This document shows positions 10,337 through 19,271 of a stretch of 64,000 nucleotides of DNA, piece after piece. The stretch spans positions 124,001-188,000 of the IMG/VR virus record IMGVR_UViG_3300017917_002374; one strand, 5' to 3'. The stretch's first letter is position 1, and each line of letters starts with the position of its first letter. The notes beneath the pieces were generated by a model. The model saw only the letters and a list, made by a program, of their open reading frames with translations, had not been told where the DNA came from and did not search any database. The translations under genes and the position numbers were made by a program.

Positions 10337-11334
10337 TGTCTACCACTGTGTTAGTAACAGGTGCCACTGGCTATATTGGTAGTCATGTGTGCAAACATCT
10401 ACTTGATGCAGGTTATAGAGTAGTAGGTGTGGATCGTGTGAGTAGAGATCATGCTCTTCCTTACATGACTTTTTTAATCAATGAAGACTATTACAGCGAC
10501 GGTGTAGTTAATTTTTTAAATAGCGAAACTGTGCATGCGGTGGTTCATTGTGCAGGTACCAGTTTGGTAGGTCCTAGTGTGTTGGATCCTGCAGAATACT
10601 ATACCAACAACGTGGCCAAAACAGCTATGTTTCTGGATGTGCTGCGTCGTTTGCCTAATCCACCTGCGTTTGTGTTTTCTAGCAGTGCCAGTGTGTATGG
10701 ATCACCAGATGTGGATATCATCACTGAAGACACACCATGGAATCCTGTGAGTCCATATGGTCAGACCAAGGCCATGATTGAACTCATGCTCACTGACATG
10801 TGCAAAGCATACAACATGGCAGCCATGAGCTTGCGTTACTTCAATGCTTGCGGCGCAGATGTTGATTCTGGTGCACTAGGACAAGCACCAGGTGCCACAC
10901 ATATCATAGCCAGATTGTTAGAAAGCATAAGAGATCGTAAACAGTTTATTTTATATGGCAATGACTACAACACTCCTGATGGCAGTTGCATTAGAGATTA
11001 TGTGCATGTAGATGATCTTGCTCGTGCTCATGTATATGCCATACAGTATCTATTGAGTTTTGAACACAATCAGCATTACATGGTAAATCTAGGCAGTGGT
11101 CGCGGATACAGTAATGTGGATGTGATTGCTGCTGTGGCAAGACACATTGGACCTGTTGACTTGCTTGAAGGTTCTAGACGTGCTGGCGATCCAGATCGTT
11201 TGGTAGCCAGCAATGATCTGGCTCAAGCCTATCTAGGTTGGTCACCAGAACACTCAGATTTAGAAACCATTATTACCAGTGCGTGGCGTTGGTATAATAA
11301 CACATCAAATCTTGTTGACACAGCATCTAAATAA
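10336..11334 (+). CDS. galE: UDP-glucose 4-epimerase
   Basis: TGATGYIGSH, FSSSASVYG, YGQTK, LRYFNACGA, DGSCIRDYVHV, RRAGDP. Confidence 0.92.
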   Translation: MSTTVLVTGATGYIGSHVCKHLLDAGYRVVGVDRVSRDHALPYMTFLINEDYYSDGVVNFLNSETVHAVVHCAGTSLVGPSVLDPAEYYTNNVAKTAMFLDVLRRLPNPPAFVFSSSASVYGSPDVDIITEDTPWNPVSPYGQTKAMIELMLTDMCKAYNMAAMSLRYFNACGADVDSGALGQAPGATHIIARLLESIRDRKQFILYGNDYNTPDGSCIRDYVHVDDLARAHVYAIQYLLSFEHNQHYMVNLGSGRGYSNVDVIAAVARHIGPVDLLEGSRRAGDPDRLVASNDLAQAYLGWSPEHSDLETIITSAWRWYNNTSNLVDTASK

Positions 11335-11343
11335 GTTTACAAT
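11315..11343 (+). promoter_or_regulatory. sigma70 promoter with embedded TAAATA
   Basis: TTGACA-N17-TACAAT; TAAATA at 11328-11333. Confidence 0.88.
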
Positions 11344-11381
11344 TAACTATTAGCCATCCTCGGCTATAACTCGGAGAACAA

Positions 11382-12149
11382 ATGGTATACAATAAAATAT
11401 ATGTAAGTCACGATGAAGAAACAGCACTTGACGCAATGGCAGGTGATGCTGGTTACGAAATAGGCCAAGCTCACAAACATCTCGCATTTAAAATGCGTCG
11501 CGATGGTAAAAGATTCTGGGCCGGTGACAATATTAGCGAATATGTTGATGGCTACATGAAAGCACAGTTGATTGACGAAGCCACAGCAGCATTTGAACAG
11601 GTACTAGACACACTGTTGATTGATCGCGAAAACGATCCTAATTCAAAAGGCACAGCACGACGTCTTGCCAAGATGTACTTTAACGAAATCATGGCAGGTA
11701 GATATGATCCAGCCCCTGATGCAACCAGTTTCCCAAATCATACAGAAGATCGTTATGCAGGCATGCTGGTTGTTCGTAGCGAATTGCGCAGCATGTGTAG
11801 CCATCATCATCAACCAGTTAATGGAGTAGCATATATTGGAATCATTGCTGCCGATCAGCTGATTGGTCTAAGCAAGTACACTCGTATTGCTCAATGGTGC
11901 GCTCGGCGTGGTACACTTCAAGAAGAACTGTGCAATGATATTGCCAGAGAAATCATGAAAGCCACAGGCAGTAAAGATGTGGGCGTTTATATTCAAGCCA
12001 CACATGGTTGTTGCGAAAATCGTGGTATTATGGCGCACTCCAGTCTTACACAAACCACAGTTCTCACAGGTGTATTCAAAGATGATCCTGCGGTAAAGAA
12101 AGAGTTCATGGACAATATCAAACTGCAACAAGAATTTGCACCGCGATAA
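11382..12149 (+). CDS. folE: GTP cyclohydrolase I
   Basis: GTARRLAKMY, SMCSHHHQP, GLSKYTRI, LQEEL, HGCCENRG. Confidence 0.96.
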   Translation: MVYNKIYVSHDEETALDAMAGDAGYEIGQAHKHLAFKMRRDGKRFWAGDNISEYVDGYMKAQLIDEATAAFEQVLDTLLIDRENDPNSKGTARRLAKMYFNEIMAGRYDPAPDATSFPNHTEDRYAGMLVVRSELRSMCSHHHQPVNGVAYIGIIAADQLIGLSKYTRIAQWCARRGTLQEELCNDIAREIMKATGSKDVGVYIQATHGCCENRGIMAHSSLTQTTVLTGVFKDDPAVKKEFMDNIKLQQEFAPR

Positions 12150-12160
12150 GGAGAGCTAAT

Positions 12161-12721
12161 ATGGCATTTTGGAAAGTTTCAACCACTCACAAAAAATCTT
12201 GTGAAGAACACATGATTTGGTATCAGTCTGGTCGCAGTTTCAAAATTATCACAGGATATCGTTGGGGAACATTCACAGTAGAAACCAATGACGACAATCC
12301 ACCTGAAGGCATAGACCCAGACAACCCAGAAGGTATCAACATGTATGATTATTTCAGCGACAATGCAGATTGCGCTGAACTAGACAGCATGGATGATGGT
12401 TGGTACATGGATTTTGAATTTGACGACGAGATGTTCTCAGAAGATGAACAAGAACAACTGCGCCAGCTATGGGAAGATGATAGCTTTTCTGCTTTAGAAG
12501 GTGCAGGCTGGGTCAATGACGAAACCGAAGCATGGTTGTTTGGACCATTAGAAATCACTAGAGAAGATGTTGAACCTTCTGCTGATGAATGGATCAAGGC
12601 AGACAATTTACCAGAATTACAGGATGTGTTTGAAAAAGACATGACTGACAATGTGCCAAAATCTGCCACGATTCCACTATGGCCATTTCCAACAGGAGAT
12701 AAAGATGATAAATCAAGTTAA
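12161..12721 (+). CDS. Acidic hypothetical protein
   Basis: AGGAG RBS, 186 aa. Confidence 0.75.
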   Translation: MAFWKVSTTHKKSCEEHMIWYQSGRSFKIITGYRWGTFTVETNDDNPPEGIDPDNPEGINMYDYFSDNADCAELDSMDDGWYMDFEFDDEMFSEDEQEQLRQLWEDDSFSALEGAGWVNDETEAWLFGPLEITREDVEPSADEWIKADNLPELQDVFEKDMTDNVPKSATIPLWPFPTGDKDDKSS

Positions 12722-12932
12722 GCAAGCAGCAGAAAATCTCATCAAGCGTGTTATGAACATGCAAACTTTTAAAATCATTAGACCACTACCTGACGAATTT
12801 GAGTTTCGCGGACCGGCACCGTTTGATATCCGGGTGGACAAAGAATGCATTATGACATTTACGGTTCACTGTATGACCTTACAAGAAGCCAATCAAATGG
12901 TTGATGAATATCTTGAAAAAAATTCTATTTAA
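12705..12932 (+). CDS. Hypothetical protein
   Basis: AGGAG RBS before ATG 12705. Confidence 0.65.
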   Translation: MINQVKQAAENLIKRVMNMQTFKIIRPLPDEFEFRGPAPFDIRVDKECIMTFTVHCMTLQEANQMVDEYLEKNSI

Positions 12933-13101
12933 TACTAAAATATACGTGTCCTTACTGGCATGTTGTATGTCCGTGGTGTGTATTGCACAAGCCATACTCA
13001 ACATAGATAATATGTCTGCTGCCATGGCGTGGGCAGTGGCTTGTGCAGCCTGGATACCGCATGTGTTTGTAAACCGACTAACCAAGGAAGATATAACATG
13101 A
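12901..13101 (+). CDS. Small membrane protein
   Basis: Two hydrophobic stretches. Confidence 0.5.
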   Translation: MMNILKKILFNTKIYVSLLACCMSVVCIAQAILNIDNMSAAMAWAVACAAWIPHVFVNRLTKEDIT

Positions 13102-13307
13102 GAGATCAATTAATAGACACACTACGAGTAAACTTTTCAGCCAATTTACTCAAACACAAAATGAATGTGGAAATCATGCTCAAGAAACCCATGGCCATTC
13201 ACGATCACACTGACTGGATGACTGCTGTGGAAAATGAGATGGCCATGATTGCAGAGTATGAAGACAAGCTGAGTGTGTTGAACAAACACTTTGGGAGCAA
13301 AGAATAA
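13098..13307 (+). CDS. Hypothetical protein
   Basis: AAGGA RBS, ATG 13098. Confidence 0.7.
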   Translation: MRDQLIDTLRVNFSANLLKHKMNVEIMLKKPMAIHDHTDWMTAVENEMAMIAEYEDKLSVLNKHFGSKE

Positions 13308-13903
13308 TGGGTGCCATGCGAGAAAAAGATTCTGCAGACTTTGATCTAGAAGCATTCATTGATCTGTTTGATGAGGCAATTACCAGCGACGATCCAAATG
13401 TTCAAAAAACTCTACAGCATCTAATGGTTATTGCCGCGTTGGCTCGCAATCATAATCAGCACAATCACCGCAATGGCCCTCTGCGCAGACTGTTTGAAGA
13501 CGTTCGCGACATAAACAACAGACTTGGCCATCTAGAAACCAATCTTAGAGGTTATCAAAAAGGCTATGGTCCAGTTCCTACGCCATATCCTAGTATGCCT
13601 TTGAATCCAGTTCCTATTTGGACTGCTCCTACTACAGGCACACGCTGGCCACCTTCCCCAGGAACTTACCCACCAGGCACACTGTTTGCACAAGGTGTGG
13701 GCGGTCCAGTTGGGAGTGGCGCAGCACTAGCTGGTGCCCAAAGCACTACCAGCTACACCTGGGATCCTGTGGCGGCTAACAGCATTACTAAGAAAATCAA
13801 CAGCGGAACTCCTGGAGGTATTGCAGAACGTGTGGACGAATTGCTCAAGGATAACAAATACAAAGGCAGCAGTGTAGGAGCACCAGATGTTAAAACTGCT
13901 TGA
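13307..13903 (+). CDS. Hypothetical protein with Pro-rich linker
   Basis: TAATG-coupled ORF. Confidence 0.7.
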   Translation: MGAMREKDSADFDLEAFIDLFDEAITSDDPNVQKTLQHLMVIAALARNHNQHNHRNGPLRRLFEDVRDINNRLGHLETNLRGYQKGYGPVPTPYPSMPLNPVPIWTAPTTGTRWPPSPGTYPPGTLFAQGVGGPVGSGAALAGAQSTTSYTWDPVAANSITKKINSGTPGGIAERVDELLKDNKYKGSSVGAPDVKTA

Positions 13904-14372
13904 GCGTTTGGGCCGCAAGCGTATCATTTATGATCGCATCAACAACGAGCCATATCTTGAACGCTACTATCTGTTCTTGAAAGAAAGAAAACGTTTTCCG
14001 TTTAATGTGTTTCTGCACAAATTCTTAAAAGGCGATCCAGATGATGTACATGATCATCCATGGCCATATGCCACACTGATTTTAAAGGGCGGTTATTATG
14101 AATATGTTCCAGTCTTTAATAGCAAAGGTCTTAAAACTCATGAACTTTGCCATTGGCGTGGGCCCGGACATTTCCGTATTTGTAAGCCTGAGTCTTTTCA
14201 TCGCATTGAACTAAAACCTGGTGTGACTGCATGGACACTGTTCATGCCAGGTCCGCACAAACGAGAGTGGGGATTCCTTACCGGCAAAGATCCATTGAGA
14301 AATTGGGAACACAATGAAAGTTATCTCACCAGGCGCAGTGGCTCTGCGCCCAATCAAAATCACAGTGAATAA
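13887..14372 (+). CDS. Cupin-fold phage protein
   Basis: FLHKF...HDHPW...GGYYE...FHRI...WTLF cupin metal motifs. Confidence 0.7.
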   Translation: MLKLLERLGRKRIIYDRINNEPYLERYYLFLKERKRFPFNVFLHKFLKGDPDDVHDHPWPYATLILKGGYYEYVPVFNSKGLKTHELCHWRGPGHFRICKPESFHRIELKPGVTAWTLFMPGPHKREWGFLTGKDPLRNWEHNESYLTRRSGSAPNQNHSE

Positions 14373-14385
14373 ACTAAACCAAGAA

Positions 14386-14667
14386 ATGGCGGATTGGTGG
14401 ATCATGCAAGGTGCCGAAGCACAGGAAATACATGATCCTTATTGGACGCATTTTCGTGGAAACGTGGTGGACAAACATTATCGTATTCGAATGCCAGGTC
14501 TAGGCGGCAAGTGGAGTCATAAGTTTAATGATGGCAGTGGCATACACCTAATTCATTTGCCAGAAATCTATGCCAGTACTGCCAGTTTGTTTTGTTTAAA
14601 ATTTTTTGATGCTATAATATCACATAACATAGAGGTTCCAAAACATGAAGATTCATTACAACAATAA
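14386..14667 (+). CDS. Hypothetical protein
   Basis: ORF from ATG 14386. Confidence 0.55.
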   Translation: MADWWIMQGAEAQEIHDPYWTHFRGNVVDKHYRIRMPGLGGKWSHKFNDGSGIHLIHLPEIYASTASLFCLKFFDAIISHNIEVPKHEDSLQQ

Positions 14668-15193
14668 ACATTTACACGCATGGTTGCACACGATCATGCG
14701 TCAAATGCAACACTACAATTTCAAACCAGATTACATTGTGGGTATTACTCGTGGAGGATTAATTCCTGCTACTATGTTAAGTCATTATCTTGATGTGCCC
14801 ATGCACACACTGGATGTGAGTTTTAGAGACAGCGGCACAGGACCAGAAAGCAATCTCTGGATGGCCGAAGATGCTTTTGGCTATGTGAACAAAGAGGATC
14901 GTACAGACGAAGGCACAGTTAGTGACCCTAAACTACGCAAGAACATTTTGATTGTGGATGATATTAACGACAGTGGTCGTACACTGCAATGGATCAAGGA
15001 CGATTGGGAAAGTGGTTGCATGCCTCGCAGTGAAGACTGGAATGACGTTTGGCATCATAATGTACAATTTGCGGTAATGGTAGACAACACCGCTAGTAAC
15101 TTTAAAGGTGTTGATTTTTACGGTACAGAAATTAACAAGCAAGAAACACCTGCCTGGGTAGTGTTTCCTTGGGAAAACTGGTGGGAGAATTAA
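14645..15193 (+). CDS. Purine phosphoribosyltransferase (Gpt-like)
   Basis: VGITRGGLIPA, PRPP motif ILIVDDINDSGRTL, WVVFPWE. Confidence 0.88.
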   Translation: MKIHYNNKHLHAWLHTIMRQMQHYNFKPDYIVGITRGGLIPATMLSHYLDVPMHTLDVSFRDSGTGPESNLWMAEDAFGYVNKEDRTDEGTVSDPKLRKNILIVDDINDSGRTLQWIKDDWESGCMPRSEDWNDVWHHNVQFAVMVDNTASNFKGVDFYGTEINKQETPAWVVFPWENWWEN

Positions 15194-15643
15194 ATGCTGA
15201 ATGGTAAACGAGTAGGCTTTACAGCCAGTACATTTGATCTATTGCATGCAGGACATGTGGCCATGTTGCGCGAAGCCAAAGACAAATGTGAGTACCTAAT
15301 ATGTGCATTACAAAATGATCCTACTATGGATAGACCAAACAAAAATCGTCCTGTGCAGAGTATTGTGGAACGGCAGTTGCAACTGATTGGCTGCAAGTAC
15401 GTGGATGAAGTTTGGGTGTACAATACAGAAAAAGATCTAGAGGATCTATTGCTCACACTACCAATAGATGTTAGAATACTTGGCGTTGAATACGAAGGCA
15501 AGGAGTTTACTGGTCGTGAAATATGTCATAAACGTAATATTGAACTTTACTTTAACGGTCGTGATCATAGCTTTAGTAGCAGCGAGCTTCGTCAGCGTGT
15601 GGCATCAGCTGAGGATTCTAAGAAGAGATTAAACGAACAATAA
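15194..15643 (+). CDS. Cytidylyltransferase (TagD-like)
   Basis: STFDLLHAGH (HxGH), PVQSIVER, SSSELR. Confidence 0.88.
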   Translation: MLNGKRVGFTASTFDLLHAGHVAMLREAKDKCEYLICALQNDPTMDRPNKNRPVQSIVERQLQLIGCKYVDEVWVYNTEKDLEDLLLTLPIDVRILGVEYEGKEFTGREICHKRNIELYFNGRDHSFSSSELRQRVASAEDSKKRLNEQ

Positions 15644-15728
15644 ATATTAGTCTCAGCGGTCTCAAGGCATTCATCCCGCTTTACAAATTCTGCATGCCAT
15701 TGCTAACTTTCAGGAGATAACAATGGCA
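15641..15728 (+). promoter_or_regulatory. TAAATA promoter plus pseudoknotted 5' UTR of queD (riboswitch candidate)
   Basis: P1 AGCGG/CCGCT, P2 GGCAT/ATGCC, alternative stem TGCCATTG/CAATGGCA covering the ATG. Confidence 0.6.
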
Positions 15729-16208
15729 AAATTTTACTCAACAAAAACATATGGTAATGACAGAGGTCTGTCATGTTGCTTTAGACAATGGCGTGCCACA
15801 CACAGTCATTGCTCCACACTACACGGTTATTCAATTGGCATTAAACTGATCTTTGAATGCGACACATTAGATGACAAAAACTGGTGCATGGACTTTGGAG
15901 GGCTCAAAGAATTCAAAGCATGGGCCGATCACATGTTTGATCATACATTGGTCATTGCAGAAGATGATCCTCATTTGGAAACATTCAAACAACTAAATGA
16001 AATTACGGGCGGATTCAACGAAAGCGGAGTGTGTGATTTGCGTATTGTGCCTGGAGTAGGCTGTGAAATGTTTGCCAAATTGTGCTATGACAAAATGGCT
16101 GAGCTATTAGCCAGCGGCACGATGCGTTATCCAATCAATCCGACTGTGCGTGTTAAAAGCGTTGAAGTGTTTGAACATGGTGCTAATTCAGCCACATACG
16201 AAGGATAA
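15723..16208 (+). CDS. queD: 6-carboxy-5,6,7,8-tetrahydropterin synthase
   Basis: HCSTLHGYS, MDFGGLK, DHMFDH, GCEMFA, VEVFEHGANSA. Confidence 0.93.
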   Translation: MAKFYSTKTYGNDRGLSCCFRQWRATHSHCSTLHGYSIGIKLIFECDTLDDKNWCMDFGGLKEFKAWADHMFDHTLVIAEDDPHLETFKQLNEITGGFNESGVCDLRIVPGVGCEMFAKLCYDKMAELLASGTMRYPINPTVRVKSVEVFEHGANSATYEG

Positions 16209-16242
16209 AACAGTTTTTTAGCATTTTTGCCCGTTGTCAGTA

Positions 16243-16271
16243 TTGACATTCGGGCTGTTTTGTTTTATAAT
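16243..16271 (+). promoter_or_regulatory. sigma70 promoter
   Basis: TTGACA-N17-TATAAT. Confidence 0.88.
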
Positions 16272-16301
16272 GTTGTTTCAATATTTCTTGAGGATTCTAT
16301 C

Positions 16302-16625
16302 ATGTCTCGTAAATTCAGCACCTACTCGCATTCAGTTAAAGATCTCAAAATCAATGTACGGTTTGAAGCAGAAGTATTAAATGAACAAGGTCTGGTCGTT
16401 GACGACAGTTTTGGTCTTGAGTTTCATGAATATTTTCATAGCTTGGAGATTGCTGCTGATGCCACACTTGAAAGCACAGCTCAAACTGTGTATGAACATT
16501 TTGAACAAAAACTGAATTCAGACCCTGCTAATGTTTATACCAACTTGATGGGCGACGAGTATCCTCGGGTAAAACTTATCTTTGTAGACGTACACGGCGC
16601 TTACACTGCTACCTATGGAGATTGA
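16302..16625 (+). CDS. Hypothetical protein
   Basis: GAGG RBS before ATG 16302, downstream of promoter. Confidence 0.7.
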   Translation: MSRKFSTYSHSVKDLKINVRFEAEVLNEQGLVVDDSFGLEFHEYFHSLEIAADATLESTAQTVYEHFEQKLNSDPANVYTNLMGDEYPRVKLIFVDVHGAYTATYGD

Positions 16626-16628
16626 TTA

Positions 16629-17069
16629 ATGAACATGCATAAACGTATTTTTGATGGCCCAGACCATTTAGACGAAAGCGATGCACCATGGGACGACACA
16701 GTGAGAAAAGACTTTCACGTGGCGGTGTTTAACGATAAGTACCCTGTGACCTCGGGTCATATGCTGTTTGTTCCTCAGTACAATAGCATCAGTGTACTCA
16801 AAGAAACCTTTGAGGATGCATTTGATTACGGAAAACAAAAAGTTGACACAGGGGAATGGGACGGCTTCAACATCGGACTTAACTATGGCGAAGCCGCGGG
16901 ACAGACTGTGTCATGGCCTCATATTCATCTTATACCCCGTAGAAAAGGCGATGTGCCGGATCCAGTAGGTGGTGTACGGAATACAATTCCAGGCAAAGGC
17001 AACTATAGAAAGATGCCAACCACAGTTCAAACAGTAGTTGGCGACAGTGAAGGCGGAGACATAGATTAA
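16629..17069 (+). CDS. HIT-family nucleotide hydrolase
   Basis: YPVTSGH, GEAAGQTVSWPHIHLIPR histidine triad. Confidence 0.92.
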   Translation: MNMHKRIFDGPDHLDESDAPWDDTVRKDFHVAVFNDKYPVTSGHMLFVPQYNSISVLKETFEDAFDYGKQKVDTGEWDGFNIGLNYGEAAGQTVSWPHIHLIPRRKGDVPDPVGGVRNTIPGKGNYRKMPTTVQTVVGDSEGGDID

Positions 17070-17950
17070 TGATAATTGTAACAGGAGATCGTGGATTCAT
17101 TGGCAGTGAGTTAAAGCAGTATCTTGAGTCAGTTGGACACAAGGTTCACGGTCTTGATTGGGCCACTAGAGGCAAAACCTATACTGTAGATGAACCAGTT
17201 GAATGGATCTATCATATGGGTGCAGTAAGCAGTACCGACGCAGGCGATTGGCAGGAACTGGTTACAAAAAACATTCAAGACACACAGGCATGGATACGTG
17301 CAGCCGAGCAATGGAACTGTGGTATAACCTATGCCAGCAGTGCTAGTACATATGGTCCATGGACCAACAGTCCAGAATGGGGACCGGTGCAACCACAACA
17401 CTTGTATGGAGTTAGCAAGCTGGCAATTGACAATTGGTGTGCAGAACAATCATTTAGCGTACCTGTGCAAGGTGTGAGATTTTTTAATGTGTACGGACGT
17501 AATGAACAACACAAACGCCAGCCCAGTCCAGTCAGACGTTATCTTGATCAAGCAGCTACCAAGCGCGAACTCACAGTATGGCATCACAATGGTCGTTATG
17601 GATCAAGAGATTTTATCAGTATAGATGATACTATTCATGCCATGGAACAGTTACGTGCTGCTAGAGTAAGTGGAGTGTACAACATAGGCACAGGCAAAAC
17701 TGATAGTTTTTATGACATTGCCAAAACCTGTCAACGACTGGCAGGAGTGACCAATTGTAAGTTGGCGGTGGTCCCCATGCCTGAACACATGTTGGCTACT
17801 TATCAATGGGAAAGCTGTGCTAATTTGGACAAATTAAGGCAAGTTATTCCTGATTGGAATCCAGAAAACATACATGACTGGCTTGAACACAACTGGCAAA
17901 CCCTGTATAATAAAACAATTGAGGACTTAAACAATGAAATTCAAAATTAG
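17069..17950 (+). CDS. NAD-dependent epimerase, HldD/RfaD-like
   Basis: GDRGFIGS, HMGAVSST, YASSASTYG, YGVSK, RFFNVYG, SRDFI, YQWESCA. Confidence 0.82.
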   Translation: MIIVTGDRGFIGSELKQYLESVGHKVHGLDWATRGKTYTVDEPVEWIYHMGAVSSTDAGDWQELVTKNIQDTQAWIRAAEQWNCGITYASSASTYGPWTNSPEWGPVQPQHLYGVSKLAIDNWCAEQSFSVPVQGVRFFNVYGRNEQHKRQPSPVRRYLDQAATKRELTVWHHNGRYGSRDFISIDDTIHAMEQLRAARVSGVYNIGTGKTDSFYDIAKTCQRLAGVTNCKLAVVPMPEHMLATYQWESCANLDKLRQVIPDWNPENIHDWLEHNWQTLYNKTIEDLNNEIQN

Positions 17951-18830
17951 TGAAATTTTTTATAGTACGCAAGGCGAAGGTCGCTATGTAGGTGTGCCTA
18001 GCATATTCATGCGCACGTTTGGTTGTAATTTTAAATGTGAAGGCTTTGGTTGCAAGCCCGGAGAAAAAAGCAAAGAACGTGAGCAGGTTTTAGAGTTAAT
18101 ACATGCTGAGCCAGCAAAATATCAAAAATTTGAAGATCTTCCTTTAGTGTCAACTGGCTGTGACAGTTATGCTAGTTGGGATCCAAAATTTAAAGACTAC
18201 AGTCCTAGTATAGACAACGATACGATTGTAGAACGTATGATGTCTTTATTACCAAACGGACAATGGCAACAGCCTAACGGTAATAACATACATCTAGTAA
18301 TCACTGGTGGAGAGCCACTCCTAGGTTGGCAGCGTAACTATCCTTCTTTACTAGATCATCGTGGCATGTTTGATCTTGCCAATCTTACATTTGAAACCAA
18401 CGGGACTCAAGAACTTTCGGAAGATTTTTATGATTGGATACAGGACTGGCATGCTGATCCTGATTTTATTCAAGAACATCTAGGACAATTTAGAGAATTA
18501 GTGTTTAGTGTAAGTCCTAAGTTGAGTGCCAGTGGTGAAAGCTGGGCAGATGCAATCAAACCTGATATAATCAAACAGTATCAGGAGGTAGGACTAACCT
18601 ATCTTAAATTTGTAGTGTCAACTGCGGAAGACTTTCAAGAAGTAGACCAAGCAGTTGCTGAATATCGCAATGTTGGGTTCATGGGTAGTGTGTATGTGAT
18701 GCCTGTGGGAGGTACACTAGAAAGTTATAATCAGAATCGTGTGCATGTTGCAGACGAAGCACTCAAACGCGGTTACTATTACAGCCCAAGGCTTCACGTG
18801 GATCTGTGGGGCAACGGGTGGGGCAAATGA
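17934..18830 (+). CDS. queE: 7-carboxy-7-deazaguanine synthase (radical SAM)
   Basis: EIFYSTQGEG, RTFGCNFKC...CDS, ITGGEPLL, FETNGT, SVSPKL, RLHVDLWG. Confidence 0.93.
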   Translation: MKFKISEIFYSTQGEGRYVGVPSIFMRTFGCNFKCEGFGCKPGEKSKEREQVLELIHAEPAKYQKFEDLPLVSTGCDSYASWDPKFKDYSPSIDNDTIVERMMSLLPNGQWQQPNGNNIHLVITGGEPLLGWQRNYPSLLDHRGMFDLANLTFETNGTQELSEDFYDWIQDWHADPDFIQEHLGQFRELVFSVSPKLSASGESWADAIKPDIIKQYQEVGLTYLKFVVSTAEDFQEVDQAVAEYRNVGFMGSVYVMPVGGTLESYNQNRVHVADEALKRGYYYSPRLHVDLWGNGWGK

Positions 18831-19009
18831 GTGAAACTCATAAAAGAACACTGATTAGAGCCATTACCTGGCGCATCGTGGCCACCCTGGTCACTGCTGT
18901 TTGGACTGGACTAAGTGGAGCGATTGTGATTAATATTTTTATGACTATCGCACACTATATTCATGAACGTGCCTGGTTAAAAGTCAAATGGGGCAAAACA
19001 GATGGGTGA
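18827..19009 (+). CDS. DUF2061-like membrane protein
   Basis: RTLIRAITWRIVAT...YIHERAW pattern. Confidence 0.7.
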   Translation: MSETHKRTLIRAITWRIVATLVTAVWTGLSGAIVINIFMTIAHYIHERAWLKVKWGKTDG

Positions 19010-19271
19010 CCAAAGTGTTCAAACTGACGGCGGAACATCAGGACGTTTGTTCTATAGTCGTGCGACATGGGAATGGTGCTTTGCCTGGCTGCCGCATCGT
19101 TGCGATAGATCCAATCAATTGATCTGGTTACGCTATGCCTATCGTGGTACTGTGTATTATGAAAGTGTCAAAGGTATTATGACAGATCGCGCAGCCTTGA
19201 CCAGACGTTGGCTCACCACAGATGAATTTCTTATTGGATCGCTGAAAGGAACTATTAATGGCTACAGCTAA
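19002..19271 (+). CDS. Hypothetical protein
   Basis: FAWLPHRC...IWL motif seen in small phage proteins. Confidence 0.6.
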   Translation: MGDQSVQTDGGTSGRLFYSRATWEWCFAWLPHRCDRSNQLIWLRYAYRGTVYYESVKGIMTDRAALTRRWLTTDEFLIGSLKGTINGYS

